Counted from the stretch's first letter, positions 19,208-29,420 are shown. The stretch is 32,000 nt of DNA from Candidatus Methylomirabilis oxygeniifera (GCA_000091165.1 FP565575.1:1200001-1232000), one strand, 5' to 3'. Translations and numbers: made by a program. Notes: generated from the sequence alone by a model not told the origin.

Positions 19208-19858
19208 ATGTTTACGGGACTGATCGAAGAGATAGGTCGCGTCCAGCAGGTACGTCGCGAAGGTGGTATCGTGAAGCTTGCCATCAAAGGACAGCAGACG
19301 ACCTCTTCCCTCGCCATAGGGGGCAGTATCGCAGTCGATGGAACCTGTTTGACGGTCACCAGGACAGCGCCCACACTGTTCGAGGCCGATCTGTCCGAGG
19401 AGACCATGGCGCGCACGACTCTGGGAGAACGGCAGGTCGGCAATCCAGTGAACCTGGAACGGCCCTGCCGGCCAACGGATCGACTTGGAGGCCACTTCGT
19501 GAGCGGTCACATCGACGGGGTCGGAACCATTCGAGAGATTCGGGAGACCGAGGGGATGTGGTGGTTCTTCATTGCGTATCCCAAGGCGCTGCGGCCTCTG
19601 CTTGTGGAAAAAGGATCCGTTGCGGTAGACGGAATCAGCCTGACAGTGGGCAGCCTGAGTGACCGCTCCTTCGGAATCGCCATCATTCCGCACACCTACC
19701 ATCACACAACACTTGAGAGCAAACAGGTCGAGCAGCGCGTCAATCTGGAGACCGACCTTCTTGGTAAATACGTCGTCCGCTATCTCCAGGGACTCGGGTC
19801 TCTAACGCACAAGACGGCTCTTACTGAAACGCGGCTCCAGGAGCTGGGGTTTAGCTGA
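19208..19858 (+). CDS. ribE: Riboflavin synthase (alpha subunit type)
   Basis: [36 protein letters not shown] and DGISLTV, an internally duplicated lumazine-binding pattern. Confidence 0.96.
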   Translation: MFTGLIEEIGRVQQVRREGGIVKLAIKGQQTTSSLAIGGSIAVDGTCLTVTRTAPTLFEADLSEETMARTTLGERQVGNPVNLERPCRPTDRLGGHFVSGHIDGVGTIREIRETEGMWWFFIAYPKALRPLLVEKGSVAVDGISLTVGSLSDRSFGIAIIPHTYHHTTLESKQVEQRVNLETDLLGKYVVRYLQGLGSLTHKTALTETRLQELGFS

Positions 19859-19880
19859 GCTGGTTTTTGGGGGAATAGCT

Positions 19881-21095
19881 ATGGAAGATACGATCCAGTT
19901 CCACACCATCGAAGAGGCGATCCGGGATCTGCGCGACGGTAAGATGGTGGTCGTCGTCGATGATGATGACCGGGAAAACGAAGGCGACCTGACCATGGCC
20001 GCCGAAAAGGTGACGCCAGAGGCCATCAACTTCATGGCGACACAGGGGCGAGGATTGATCTGTATGCCCGTCATGGGCGAACGATTGGATGAGCTTCGCA
20101 TCCCGCCGATGGTGACGGACAATACCTCTCCTCACGAGACCGCCTTCTGCATTTCCGTCGATGCCAGACAGAAGGTCACAACCGGAATCTCGGCCTACGA
20201 CCGGGCGATCACCATTCAAACCATCATCGACCCCAAGGCGACAGCCGATGATCTCACCAGTCCGGGACACACCTTTCCGCTGCGCGGGCGCGATGGGGGC
20301 GTCCTGACCAGGGCAGGGCATTCTGAAGCCGCTATTGACCTTTCTCGTCTGGCCGGCCTCTACCCTGCCGGTGTGATTTGTGAGGTGATGCAGGACGACG
20401 GAACCATGGCCAGAACCCCGGAGCTGTATCGATTCGCTCAGAAGCACGGCTTGAAGTTGATCACCGTCCAAAACCTGATCGAGTTTCGGCTGAAGCGAGA
20501 GCGCTTTGTCAGCCGCATTGCTACGACGACGCTGCCGACCCCATACGGCCGATTCACTGCGATCCTGTATCACAGTCACATCGAGAACAAACACCATATG
20601 GCCTTAGTCATGGGCGAGATTAACGCCGTCGATGAGACGCTCGTGCGAGTCCACTCGGAGTGCCTCACCGGCGACGTCTTCGGTTCTCTTCGGTGCGACT
20701 GCGGACCTCAGATGGAAAAGTCGCTTGAACTGATTGCCAAGGAGGGGAAGGGCGTCTTTCTGTATATCCGACAGGAAGGCCGAGGTATCGGCCTGGCGAA
20801 TAAGATGCGCGCCTATGAGCTGCAGGATAGCGGCCTTGATACAGTGGAGGCGAATGTACGGCTTGGATTCAAACCCGATCTGAGAGAGTATGGTATCGGC
20901 GCCCAGATCTTGTCCGATCTTGGATTGTGCAATATCCGGCTACTGACCAACAACCCACGGAAGATCGTCGGGCTCGAGGCGTACGGTCTCCATGTGGTGC
21001 AGCGGATTCCTATCGAGATTCACCCGAACGCCGAGAATCGTGCCTACCTACAGACCAAGTTCGCAAAGCTCGGTCACTTGCTCGAAACGGTGTAG
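19881..21095 (+). CDS. ribBA: Bifunctional DHBP synthase / GTP cyclohydrolase II
   Basis: [50 protein letters not shown] and [20 protein letters not shown] motifs. Confidence 0.97.
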   Translation: MEDTIQFHTIEEAIRDLRDGKMVVVVDDDDRENEGDLTMAAEKVTPEAINFMATQGRGLICMPVMGERLDELRIPPMVTDNTSPHETAFCISVDARQKVTTGISAYDRAITIQTIIDPKATADDLTSPGHTFPLRGRDGGVLTRAGHSEAAIDLSRLAGLYPAGVICEVMQDDGTMARTPELYRFAQKHGLKLITVQNLIEFRLKRERFVSRIATTTLPTPYGRFTAILYHSHIENKHHMALVMGEINAVDETLVRVHSECLTGDVFGSLRCDCGPQMEKSLELIAKEGKGVFLYIRQEGRGIGLANKMRAYELQDSGLDTVEANVRLGFKPDLREYGIGAQILSDLGLCNIRLLTNNPRKIVGLEAYGLHVVQRIPIEIHPNAENRAYLQTKFAKLGHLLETV

Positions 21096-21110
21096 TGGAG
21101 ATGCAGTCGT

Positions 21111-21179
21111 CAGCCGTCAGCGTTCAGCTTCTACTTGCCTGCTGACTGCTGATAGCTGATCGCTGATGGCTGTTTTTTT
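21111..21179 (+). terminator. Inverted repeat plus T-run between ribBA and ribH; possible intra-operon attenuator or repeat-derived hairpin
   Basis: Left arm CAGCCGTCAGCGTTCAGC (21111-21128) pairs with right arm GCTGATCGCTGATGGCTG (21155-21172), 16/18 Watson-Crick plus one G-U. A T7 run follows immediately (21173-21179). Confidence 0.45.
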
Positions 21180-21194
21180 ACACGGAGGTACGCA

Positions 21195-21659
21195 TTGAAA
21201 ACAACTGAAGGGACATACCAAGCCAAAGGGTGTCGATTCGCCATCGTGATAAGTCGTGTAAACGAATTGATCGCCAAACGGCTGCTGGAGGGCGCCCTCG
21301 ACTGCCTGCTTCGCCACGGCGTGGAGGACGGCGATCTGCACCTGGTGAAGGTGCCGGGAGCCTTCGAGCTGCCCTACGCGGCAAAGCGCTTGGCAGCCTC
21401 AAGCCGCTACGACGCCGTCATCGCGCTGGGCGCCGTCATCCGGGGCGCTACCGCTCACTTCGATTACGTCGCCGGAGAGGCCGCAAAGGGAATCGCAGCA
21501 GCCAGCATCGAGACCGGCGTACCCATTATTTTTGGCGTCATCACGGCCAACACGCTTGATGAGGCGATCGAACGGGCGGGAACGAAGGGCGGCAATAAAG
21601 GGTTCGATGCGGCGCTATCGGCCATTGAAATGGCCAGCCTCTTCGCCCAACTTAAATAA
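21195..21659 (+). CDS. ribH: 6,7-dimethyl-8-ribityllumazine synthase
   Basis: [51 protein letters not shown] and [23 protein letters not shown] start preceded by GGAGG. Confidence 0.97.
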   Translation: MKTTEGTYQAKGCRFAIVISRVNELIAKRLLEGALDCLLRHGVEDGDLHLVKVPGAFELPYAAKRLAASSRYDAVIALGAVIRGATAHFDYVAGEAAKGIAAASIETGVPIIFGVITANTLDEAIERAGTKGGNKGFDAALSAIEMASLFAQLK

Positions 21660-21695
21660 TGCGCAAGAGAGCGCATTGTCCCAAGGATAACGGAA

Positions 21696-22127
21696 GTGGG
21701 TAAACGTCACCGCGCCAGGGAGCTTGCGCTCTCACTCCTGTATCAGCTTGAATTCTACCCGCTGGAGGCTTTTGAGGTGCAGTCGGCCGCCTTCTGGGCC
21801 GATCATCCGGCCGGCCCGGAGATCCGATCGTTGACTGACGAGCTGGTTCAGGGAACACTGCAACATCAGAAGCCAATCGATGAGGTACTCGCCTCGCACG
21901 TCGAGCACTGGATCCTCTCGCGGCTGGCCCTCGTAGATCTCTGCGTCCTCCGCTTAGCCGCGTTTGAACTGCTCTTTTACGGGAAGACGCCCTGGAAGGT
22001 TGCCATCGACGAAGCGATTGAGTTGGCGAAGGCGTTTGGCGGAAAGGACTCCGGCGCCTTTGTCAACGGTGTCCTGGACAAGCTCGCCGCTCTCGCCAAA
22101 GACAACTCCCCCGCTCCGCTGGGATAA
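21696..22127 (+). CDS. nusB: Transcription antitermination factor NusB
   Basis: RHRARELALSLLYQLE, RLALVDLCVLRLAAFELL and VAIDEAIELAKAFGGKDSGAFVNGVLDKL. Confidence 0.95.
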   Translation: MGKRHRARELALSLLYQLEFYPLEAFEVQSAAFWADHPAGPEIRSLTDELVQGTLQHQKPIDEVLASHVEHWILSRLALVDLCVLRLAAFELLFYGKTPWKVAIDEAIELAKAFGGKDSGAFVNGVLDKLAALAKDNSPAPLG

Positions 22128-22192
22128 AGCTGGACTCACGTTATCCTTATCCTTAGCCCCTTTGCCCCCCCTCATGATCGTTGCCGGTGATG

Positions 22193-22552
22193 TTAGGCAT
22201 CACAGGCACCATGTATGAGTCGCTCAAAGATCCACTCGATCCACCAATCGATGTTGGTCCTTTCCTGAATGAATTTCCGTTTCTGGTCCTCTAACGCCTT
22301 CCTATCAGCTTCTGTCAGGTTCGAGTCTTTGAGCCTGGCGTCAATCTCGGCAATCTGAAAATCGACCACATCTCGTCGCGTCTTCCAGTCCTGAAGGTCT
22401 TGTTCACACCACTGTGCGTGTAATTGTGTGGTCGTAACATCTGCGTTTATGTGCGGCGTAAAGGTCGCCGCTTTTACCGGTACTGCAAACAGACACACAA
22501 AACTGCTTAGCTCCACGACCAGCGCCAAGACCCGCCCCATCCTATTTCTCAC
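22193..22552 (-). CDS. Small secreted/periplasmic hypothetical protein
   Basis: 119 aa ORF with signal-peptide-like MGRVLALVVELSSFVCLFAVPVKAA, then a charged helical region and a tryptophan-containing C-terminal part (NIDWWIEWIFERL). No family recognised. Confidence 0.5.
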   Translation of the reverse strand: MRNRMGRVLALVVELSSFVCLFAVPVKAATFTPHINADVTTTQLHAQWCEQDLQDWKTRRDVVDFQIAEIDARLKDSNLTEADRKALEDQKRKFIQERTNIDWWIEWIFERLIHGACDA

Positions 22553-22726
22553 GACTGCTGCTCCCTCTTCTCCGATGCGTCGTATCCCGCAGCATTCGAC
22601 GTCATTGTGCCGAAAGGCCCCCTTATCTTCATCCTCTCTCTAAAGGGGGGCGAGGAGAAGTAAAATTATGTAGGAGGGGAGCTTATACGTAGGTCTGCCC
22701 CTACGTAACGATGCGTAAAGAAATGG

Positions 22727-23278
22727 TTATTTGAAGAGATCGATAAGTGGGATGCTTAAGTCAGGGAGGAGGGGTGTACAGAGAGTGTCGCTTGCCTCGT
22801 GGCTCAGTTCGGCGACGCGGCTATAACCGTGGGGTGTCGTGCGGTAGACTTTTACTGTCTCCAATTCAGGGTCCACGATCCAGTACTCCTGCACCCCATG
22901 CCGCTCGTAGAGCTTCCGCTTGATGATTTCGTCGGTCTTGCGGGTGCTCTCTGAGAGGATCTCGATGAGGAGATCAGGTGCTCCTTGAATGTTGTGCGCG
23001 GTGATGATCGAGGCCTTCGCCGAGGAAATAAAGACGAGATCCGGCTGAACGACATCAAAGCTGGAGAGAATCACATCGAACGGAGCGGTGTAGAGGCGTC
23101 CGGCAGGGTGGAGCTTCAAATGGTCCACGATAGAGCAGGCGAGGTTCAGAGTAATCCGTTGGTGTCGCTCTGATGGTGATGGGGTCACGTGATGCTCTCC
23201 ATCGATCAGCTCATGGCGCCGGCCGTCGTCAGGGAATAATAGGTAATCTTCATAGGTGAACTTGACCTGTACTGTCAC
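22727..23278 (-). CDS. Uma2-family (DUF820) PD-(D/E)XK nuclease-like protein
   Basis: Y..LP..GRRHELIDGEH, VQPDLVFIS, GAPDLLIEILSEST, D.IIKRKLYERHGVQEYWIVDPE motifs. GTG start with GAGGAAG upstream. Confidence 0.88.
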   Translation of the reverse strand: MTVQVKFTYEDYLLFPDDGRRHELIDGEHHVTPSPSERHQRITLNLACSIVDHLKLHPAGRLYTAPFDVILSSFDVVQPDLVFISSAKASIITAHNIQGAPDLLIEILSESTRKTDEIIKRKLYERHGVQEYWIVDPELETVKVYRTTPHGYSRVAELSHEASDTLCTPLLPDLSIPLIDLFK

Positions 23279-23334
23279 TGTCTTCCTCGGACTGACTCTC
23301 AGCCTTCAGCCTACAGTCTTAACACCTGACCGCT

Positions 23335-24570
23335 TTACTCATACCGCTTGAAGACCAGTGTGGCGTTGGTTCCGCCAAATCCGAACGAATTGCTGAAGGC
23401 GACCCGCACCTCAGCGCGACGCGCGTTGTTCGGAACGTAATCAAGATCGCACTCGGGATCCGGCTCATCGTAGTTGGTAGTCGGCGGGATCACGCCATGG
23501 TGGAGGGTCAGCGCTGTGGCCACCGCTTCGACACCCCCCGCAGCCCCCAGGAGATGCCCGGTCATTGATTTGATAGAGCTCACCGCCAGACGATATGCGT
23601 GATCTCCAAACACCTTCTTGATCGCCTTAGTCTCAGCCGCATCGCCAGCAGGCGTCGATGTTCCATGGGCATTGATATAATCGACCTGTTCCGGCTGAAG
23701 CCCGGCATCCTCCAACGCGAGATTCATGGAGGCGATCGCACCGGCCCCTTCCGGCTCCGGCGCGGTCATATGATACGCGTCAGCCGACATCCCATAGCCG
23801 CTCAACTCGGCATATATCCTGGCGCTGCGATGCAGCGCATGCTCCAACTCCTCGAGAATCAAGACGCCCGCACCCTCGCCCATCACGAAGCCATCGCGTC
23901 CCTTGTCGAACGGGCGGCTGGCGCGCTGAGGCGCGTCATTTCTCGTGGATAGGGCCTTCATGGCGCCGAACCCGCCGATCGTCAGCGGAGAGATGACGGC
24001 CTCGGTTCCTCCGGCAAACATCGCATCAGCCATTCCCCGCCTGATCAGCTCGAAGGAATCGCCGATTGCATGATTGCCGGTCGCACACGCTGTCGAGACG
24101 CATAAATTCGGTCCACGGAGTCCGAAGCGAATCGCGATATTGCCTGAGGCCAGGTTGGTGATGATCGAGGGGATGAAGAAGGGACTGATCCGGCCGGGCC
24201 CTTTTTCCAACAATACCTTGTGCGTGTCTTCCAGGCAGGGGATTCCGCCCATGCCGGTCCCGATGAGGACACCGATGCGACTGCGCTCGACATCCTTCAC
24301 GACAAGCTGCGCATCATCGACCGCCATGATGGCACCGGCCATGGCGTAGTGGATGAACCGGTCCATCTTCTTGACCTCTTTCTTCTCCATGTAGAGAAGC
24401 GGGTCGAATCCCTTCACCTCTGCGGCGATCTTCGTATCGTGTCGACTGGCGTCGAATCTGGCGATGTGATCGATGCCTGACACCCCGTTCATCAGGCTCT
24501 TCCAGAAGGTGTCGACGCCGATGCCGTTTGGCGCCACTACGCCCAGGCCTGTCACTACTACTCGTCTCAT
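23335..24570 (-). CDS. fabF: Beta-ketoacyl-ACP synthase II
   Basis: [16 protein letters not shown] start (ATG 24570), [42 protein letters not shown] and [16 protein letters not shown]. Confidence 0.97.
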   Translation of the reverse strand: MRRVVVTGLGVVAPNGIGVDTFWKSLMNGVSGIDHIARFDASRHDTKIAAEVKGFDPLLYMEKKEVKKMDRFIHYAMAGAIMAVDDAQLVVKDVERSRIGVLIGTGMGGIPCLEDTHKVLLEKGPGRISPFFIPSIITNLASGNIAIRFGLRGPNLCVSTACATGNHAIGDSFELIRRGMADAMFAGGTEAVISPLTIGGFGAMKALSTRNDAPQRASRPFDKGRDGFVMGEGAGVLILEELEHALHRSARIYAELSGYGMSADAYHMTAPEPEGAGAIASMNLALEDAGLQPEQVDYINAHGTSTPAGDAAETKAIKKVFGDHAYRLAVSSIKSMTGHLLGAAGGVEAVATALTLHHGVIPPTTNYDEPDPECDLDYVPNNARRAEVRVAFSNSFGFGGTNATLVFKRYE

Positions 24571-24626
24571 GTCGTTATGTTCCCATGGCCCATACGTCAA
24601 TCTATAATCACGGGCTCGGCCTGTTG

Positions 24627-24872
24627 TTACGCGGGATGCGCCTTAATATGCGCGATCGCGTCTTTGACGGTGACGATCTTCTCAGCCTCCTCGTCGGGAA
24701 TCTCAATACCGAACTCTTCTTCCAAAGCCATCACCAGCTCCACCGTATCAAGCGAGTCGGCGCCCAGATCTTCGACGAACGAGGCCTCCGGCGTCACCTC
24801 TGCCGCATTCACACCCAACTGATCTACAATGATCTTTTTGACTCTCTCTTCGATCTCCATGACGTCTGTCAT
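24627..24872 (-). CDS. acpP: Acyl carrier protein
   Basis: 81 aa acidic ORF with phosphopantetheine site [33 protein letters not shown]. Confidence 0.98.
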   Translation of the reverse strand: MTDVMEIEERVKKIIVDQLGVNAAEVTPEASFVEDLGADSLDTVELVMALEEEFGIEIPDEEAEKIVTVKDAIAHIKAHPA

Positions 24873-24929
24873 CGTCCCCCTCTCTACGGCCCCTGTCTGC
24901 CGCCAGGCAGGTCGGCGCCGTCCGATGAA

Positions 24930-25688
24930 TTAGGTTCGCAACCCACCATCAATTGTAATCACCTGGCCTGTAATATAGCTCGCCGCTTCTGAAACGAGGA
25001 ACGAGACCAGAGCAGCCACCTCCTCCGCGGCCCCAAATCGACCCATGGGGATTTGGCCAAGATAGCTCTTTTTACGATCCTCTGACAGGATCGCGGTCAT
25101 CTCAGTCTCGATAAAGCCCGGGGCCACCGCATTCACCGTAATCGACCTGGAGGCCACCTCCTTGGCAACAGCCTTCGTAAAACCGATCAGCCCAGCCTTC
25201 GATGCGGAGTAGTTGGCCTGTCCAGGAATTCCCATCGTCCCTGCGACCGAGCTGATATTCACGATTCGACCGCTCTGCGCCCTCAGCATCGGCCGCAACG
25301 CTGCTCGGGTCGTAAAGAATGCTCCTTTCAAGTTGACATCCAGGACAGCATCCCAGTCCTCCTCCTTCATTCGGATCAGGAGCCCATCCTTGGTGATGCC
25401 CGCATTATTGACCAGGATGTCCAGACGACCAAAACCTTTGAGGCCGGCCTGAATCAATCCATCCGCCTCAGCCTCACGCGAAATATCTGCGGCCACCGCT
25501 ATCCCCTCAGCTCCGGCCGCTTCTATCTCCGCAACCACCTTTTGGGCTGCCTCCGGATTTCTTGCGCCGATAACTACCTTCGCGCCCTGCGCCGAGAGCC
25601 CCAAAGCGATTGCCCGCCCAATCCCTCGCGAGCCGCCGGTGACGACTGCTACCTTCCCCTCAAGTCCGGTCGTTGGCGCCATCACCAT
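24930..25688 (-). CDS. fabG: 3-oxoacyl-ACP reductase
   Basis: VAVVTGGSRGIGRAIA, LVNNAGITKD, NISSVAGTMGIPGQANYSASKAG and SYITGQVITIDGG. Confidence 0.97.
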   Translation of the reverse strand: MVMAPTTGLEGKVAVVTGGSRGIGRAIALGLSAQGAKVVIGARNPEAAQKVVAEIEAAGAEGIAVAADISREAEADGLIQAGLKGFGRLDILVNNAGITKDGLLIRMKEEDWDAVLDVNLKGAFFTTRAALRPMLRAQSGRIVNISSVAGTMGIPGQANYSASKAGLIGFTKAVAKEVASRSITVNAVAPGFIETEMTAILSEDRKKSYLGQIPMGRFGAAEEVAALVSFLVSEAASYITGQVITIDGGLRT

Positions 25689-26628
25689 CAGCGAACCGCC
25701 TCCAACTGATCCACCGCCAACCGTAGCGAACCCGGATCCTCCGCGTAGAGCGCGGTCGCCTCAGGCGCGATCCGTCTAATCAGTCCGGTCAGTACTTTTC
25801 CAGGACCAAGCTCCAGAAAGATGGTGACGCCTTCTTTCACCAGTCTACGCACCACATCCTCCCACCGCACCGGCCTTGTGACTTGGCGAACGAGACTGTC
25901 GGCAACCGCATCCCTCGTCGTCAGAAGCTCGGCGTCGGCATTGTTGACCAACGGAACCGTTGGATCGGCAATCGGTGTCGCTTGGAGTACACCGGCCAAC
26001 CGCTGAGCCGCCGGCTCCATCAAGGAGCAGTGAAATGGCGCACTCACCTGGAGGCGCACGGCTCGCTTAGCGCCGCGTTGTTTGGCCAGCTCGACGGCTC
26101 GATCCACCGCCCCGGTCTTCCCGGCGATGACCACCTGACCGGGGCCGTTAAGATTGGCGACCTCGACAATCCCGTATTGGGCGGCCTCCTCGCATATCGC
26201 ATAGACGCTCTGCCTATCAAGGCCCAATATAGCCGCCATCGCACCGGCCCCAGGGGCCACTGCTTCCTGCATGAACTCGCCTCTCTTCCTTACAATGCGA
26301 ATGGCGTCTTCAAATGCGAGGCTCCCGGACGCTACCAGCGCTGAATACTCCCCAAGCGAATGGCCCGCCACATAGTCGGGTTTGATCCCCTCGCGCTGTA
26401 ACGCGGCGACAGCGGCCATACTCACCGTCATAATAGCCGGCTGCGCGTTTGCGGTGAGGGTAAGCTGCTCCTCTGGTCCTTTGAAGCAGAGATGGCCAAG
26501 GTCGATCCCCAGCGCCTCACTTGCCTTTTCAAAGAGAATACGGGCTTCAGGGATCTGCGACCAGAAATCCTGCCCCATACCAATCCGTTGAGAACCTTGA
26601 CCGGGAAAACGAGCGCGATCGCGGTCAT
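25688..26628 (-). CDS. fabD: Malonyl-CoA:ACP transacylase; N-terminus split by an apparent 1-nt frameshift
   Basis: The main ORF (25688-26578) has YVAGHSLGEYSALVASG and VQVSAPFHCSLM. Upstream, MTAIALVFP (ATG 26628) and FPGQGSQRIGMGQDF are in different frames, with the change near 26603-26609. Confidence 0.92.
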
Positions 26629-26647
26629 CGTCCGGCAGCGCGCATAC

Positions 26648-27661
26648 TCACCATCGGATGAGCGCCGATCCCCAGGTAAATCCGCCCCCGAAGGCCGTCA
26701 GCAACAACAGATCACCGCGCTTCAGTCGTCCCGCCCGGACGGCTTCGTCCATGGCGATAGGGATTGAGGCTGCGGAGGTATTACCATAGCGGTCAATGTT
26801 CATATAGATCCGCTCCCGCGGCAGGTCCAGTCGCTCGGCCACTGCATAGATAATTCGGGCGTTGGCCTGGTGAGAAATAAAAAGATCAACGTCGGAAACC
26901 TCTGCCCCATTGGCCTTGAGCGCAGCGATGGCGGCCTCTTCCATTGACCGGACCGCCGTCTTGAACACCTCATTTCCGTTGGGCATCCGAATCGTCACCA
27001 GCTTCTCATCGATGACCTTTTGGCTCGCAGGCTGGCGCGAGCCGCCCCCCGGAATGATCAGTTGCCTCCCCTTTGATCCGTCCGAATAGAGGTGCGTAGA
27101 GAGGATAGCCGGATCGGCAGTTGTCCGCTGAACCACCACCGCGCCCGCGCCATCGCCAAAGAGTACACAGGTGCCTCGATCACTCCAGTCCACGACCTTG
27201 GAAAGGGTATCCGCCCCTATCACCAGGATGTTTCGCATGACGCCGGCTCGCAGATAGGCGTCGGCGACAGAGAGGCCGTACACAAAGCCGGCGCACGCAG
27301 CCATCAGATCGAAGGCCGCCGCGCGTGACGCGCCAAGTCGCTCCTGCAACACGCACGCGGTAGAGGGAAAAAACATATCGGGGGTCACCGTGTTCACGAG
27401 GATCAGATCCAGGTCATGAGGGTCAACGCCGGAGGCCTCAAGGGCCTGTCGAGCCGCCCCCTCAGCGAGATCCGACGTTGCCTGGTCATCGGAGGCGATC
27501 CGCCGCTCCGATATCCCCGTTCGGGTGACAATCCACTCGTCACTTGTACTGACCATCTGCTCCAGTTCAGCATTGGTCAGCACTCGATCCGGAACTGAGG
27601 CCCCTGTGCCTGCGATTCTGCTGCCGTACATCACATGCGTCCTGTCGCTAACTGACGGCAA
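26648..27661 (-). CDS. fabH: Beta-ketoacyl-ACP synthase III
   Basis: GTGASVPDRVLTNAELE, SDEWIVTRTGISERRIA, AACAGFVYGLSVAD, HQANARII and NIDRYGNTSAASIPIAM motifs. Confidence 0.97.
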   Translation of the reverse strand: MPSVSDRTHVMYGSRIAGTGASVPDRVLTNAELEQMVSTSDEWIVTRTGISERRIASDDQATSDLAEGAARQALEASGVDPHDLDLILVNTVTPDMFFPSTACVLQERLGASRAAAFDLMAACAGFVYGLSVADAYLRAGVMRNILVIGADTLSKVVDWSDRGTCVLFGDGAGAVVVQRTTADPAILSTHLYSDGSKGRQLIIPGGGSRQPASQKVIDEKLVTIRMPNGNEVFKTAVRSMEEAAIAALKANGAEVSDVDLFISHQANARIIYAVAERLDLPRERIYMNIDRYGNTSAASIPIAMDEAVRAGRLKRGDLLLLTAFGGGFTWGSALIRW

Positions 27662-28646
27662 TCCCTTCCGTGATATGCTCGATCACCCTGTTTTCTACAC
27701 ATCCTCCGGCGACTCGGATCGCATTCTTGATCGCCTTGGCGGTCGAGCGGCCGTGGCAGATGATGCAGACCCCTCGAACCCCAAGCAGTGGCGCGCCGCC
27801 GTACTCCGTATAATCAATCAGCTTCTTGAAGCGCTTAAATGCGCCCCTGGCCAATAAGGCGCCGACCATCCCCGCCAACCCTTTCCCCAGTTCCTCCTTG
27901 AGCAGGCGCGTAAAAAACTCCGCGGCGCCTTCAATGATCTTCAGGGCAACGTTACCGGTGAAGCCGTCGCACACAATGATATCGGCTGTTCCCGTGAGGA
28001 CCTCGCGGCCCTCGACGTTTCCAATGAAGTTGAGGGACTGCTCCTCTTCGAGCCCCTTGAAGGCCTCTCGAGTCAACTCGTTCCCCTTACTCTCCTCCTC
28101 ACCGATGCTCAGCAGGCCAACGGTAGGCGTTGGCTTCCCCATGATTTGCCGCGCATAGACATTCCCCATAATAGCAAACTGGAGGAGGTGTCGCGCCTTG
28201 CAATCGGCATTGGCGCCGACATCCAACAGGATCGACTGACCTTTCAGCGTTGGAATGATGAGAGCGATGGCGGGACGCTCTACGCCCGGAAGCGGACCCA
28301 AGGTAATCAGCGCCGTGGCCATCACCGCCCCCGTATTCCCGGCGCTGATAAAGGCATCGGCCTCCCCATTCTTGACGAGATCCAGGCCGACCCGGATGGA
28401 CGACTGCTTCTTCTTTCGCAAGGCGGCGGAAGGGGATTCTTGCATCCCGACCGTCTCCGGGGCGTGTCGGATCGCAATGCTCAGGCCCTTCGTGGCGTGC
28501 TGTTTCAGTGCCCGGCCAATTTCTTCTTCGTTCCCGACCAGCAAGACAGACAGGTCGAGTTCACGGGCGGCGGCTACGGCGCCCTCGACGGTAACCGTGG
28601 GACCACGGTCGCCACCCATCGCGTCAAGGGCTATACGGGTTCCCAT
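27648..28646 (-). CDS. plsX: Phosphate acyltransferase PlsX
   Basis: IALDAMGGDRGP, AFISAGNTGAVMA, LLDVGANADCKARHLLQFAIMG, DGFTGNVALK and GVCIICHGRSTAKAIKNAI. Confidence 0.96.
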   Translation of the reverse strand: MGTRIALDAMGGDRGPTVTVEGAVAAARELDLSVLLVGNEEEIGRALKQHATKGLSIAIRHAPETVGMQESPSAALRKKKQSSIRVGLDLVKNGEADAFISAGNTGAVMATALITLGPLPGVERPAIALIIPTLKGQSILLDVGANADCKARHLLQFAIMGNVYARQIMGKPTPTVGLLSIGEEESKGNELTREAFKGLEEEQSLNFIGNVEGREVLTGTADIIVCDGFTGNVALKIIEGAAEFFTRLLKEELGKGLAGMVGALLARGAFKRFKKLIDYTEYGGAPLLGVRGVCIICHGRSTAKAIKNAIRVAGGCVENRVIEHITEGIAVS

Positions 28647-28673
28647 ACCTGTGTGCCTATCGGGAACGGGAGG

Positions 28674-28856
28674 CTAGACCTCCTCCCGCTTCACAACCTC
28701 CCGACCACGATAATAGCCACAGGCGGGGCAAGCGCGATGGGGCAGCTTCCGCTCATGGCAGTTGGGGCACTCCGAGAGAGAAGGGGCGGTGAGGGCGTGA
28801 TGAGCGCGTCGTGTTCGCGACCGCGTATTACTGTGACGGCGTTTTGGAAGGGGCAT
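28674..28856 (-). CDS. rpmF: 50S ribosomal protein L32
   Basis: 60 aa: MPLPKRRHSNTRSRTRRAH..., then CPNCHERKLPHRACPACGYYRGREVV, in the plsX context. Confidence 0.95.
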   Translation of the reverse strand: MPLPKRRHSNTRSRTRRAHHALTAPSLSECPNCHERKLPHRACPACGYYRGREVVKREEV

Positions 28857-28883
28857 CGTTCATCCTCCTGGATTTCGCGTGGG

Positions 28884-29393
28884 CTAGAGTAAATGTTGAA
28901 GGGGAGCCAGCCTTGGGTCGTCTTCCTGCACCTGGCATCCGCACGAGCTCTCGTTCAGATTGACCCCGCAATGCGGGCAAAGACCACGGCAGTCGGCCCG
29001 GCACAGGGGCTGCAGCGGCAAATTCAACAGGACATTCTCGCGCAACAGCCTGGTCACATCCAGGCGATCGTCTTGCATGGCGTCGACGTCCATCTCGGCG
29101 GCGCTGAGTTCAACCTCCTCGTCGCGAAAGGCTTCTCTGTCTTCCGTATACAGAATCGTAAACGAATCAGAGACGGGAACAGACACCGACTCTGAGCATC
29201 GGCTGCACGGCACGACTGCCGTTGTGGAGAATGTTCCACTCGCAAGGATGCCGTTGACCTCTCGCTCCAGACGAAGGGAGGCTTGGATCGGAGCAAGTGA
29301 CAGCCATAATCCCTCAACCCCCTCCCAGCAAGGTTCTTCACGTACTTCCAGATCTAACCCTTCTGGAGGAATCTGCGACCGCTCCACTACCAT
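28884..29393 (-). CDS. DUF177 / YceD-like protein
   Basis: C-terminal DVTRLLRENVLLNLPLQPLCRADCRGLCPHCGVNLNE motif, adjacent to rpmF-plsX. The track ORF extends to 29444, but the homologous part appears to start near ATG 29393. Confidence 0.88.
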   Translation of the reverse strand: MVVERSQIPPEGLDLEVREEPCWEGVEGLWLSLAPIQASLRLEREVNGILASGTFSTTAVVPCSRCSESVSVPVSDSFTILYTEDREAFRDEEVELSAAEMDVDAMQDDRLDVTRLLRENVLLNLPLQPLCRADCRGLCPHCGVNLNESSCGCQVQEDDPRLAPLQHLL

Positions 29394-29420
29394 TGTAGAT
29401 GCTCCATCAAATTCGCATGT

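Noticed and set aside
19851-20597. 248-aa minus-strand ORF over ribBA, and 19127-19705 (-) over ribE.
   Set aside because: Antisense to well-supported riboflavin genes; no family motif or plausible start context.
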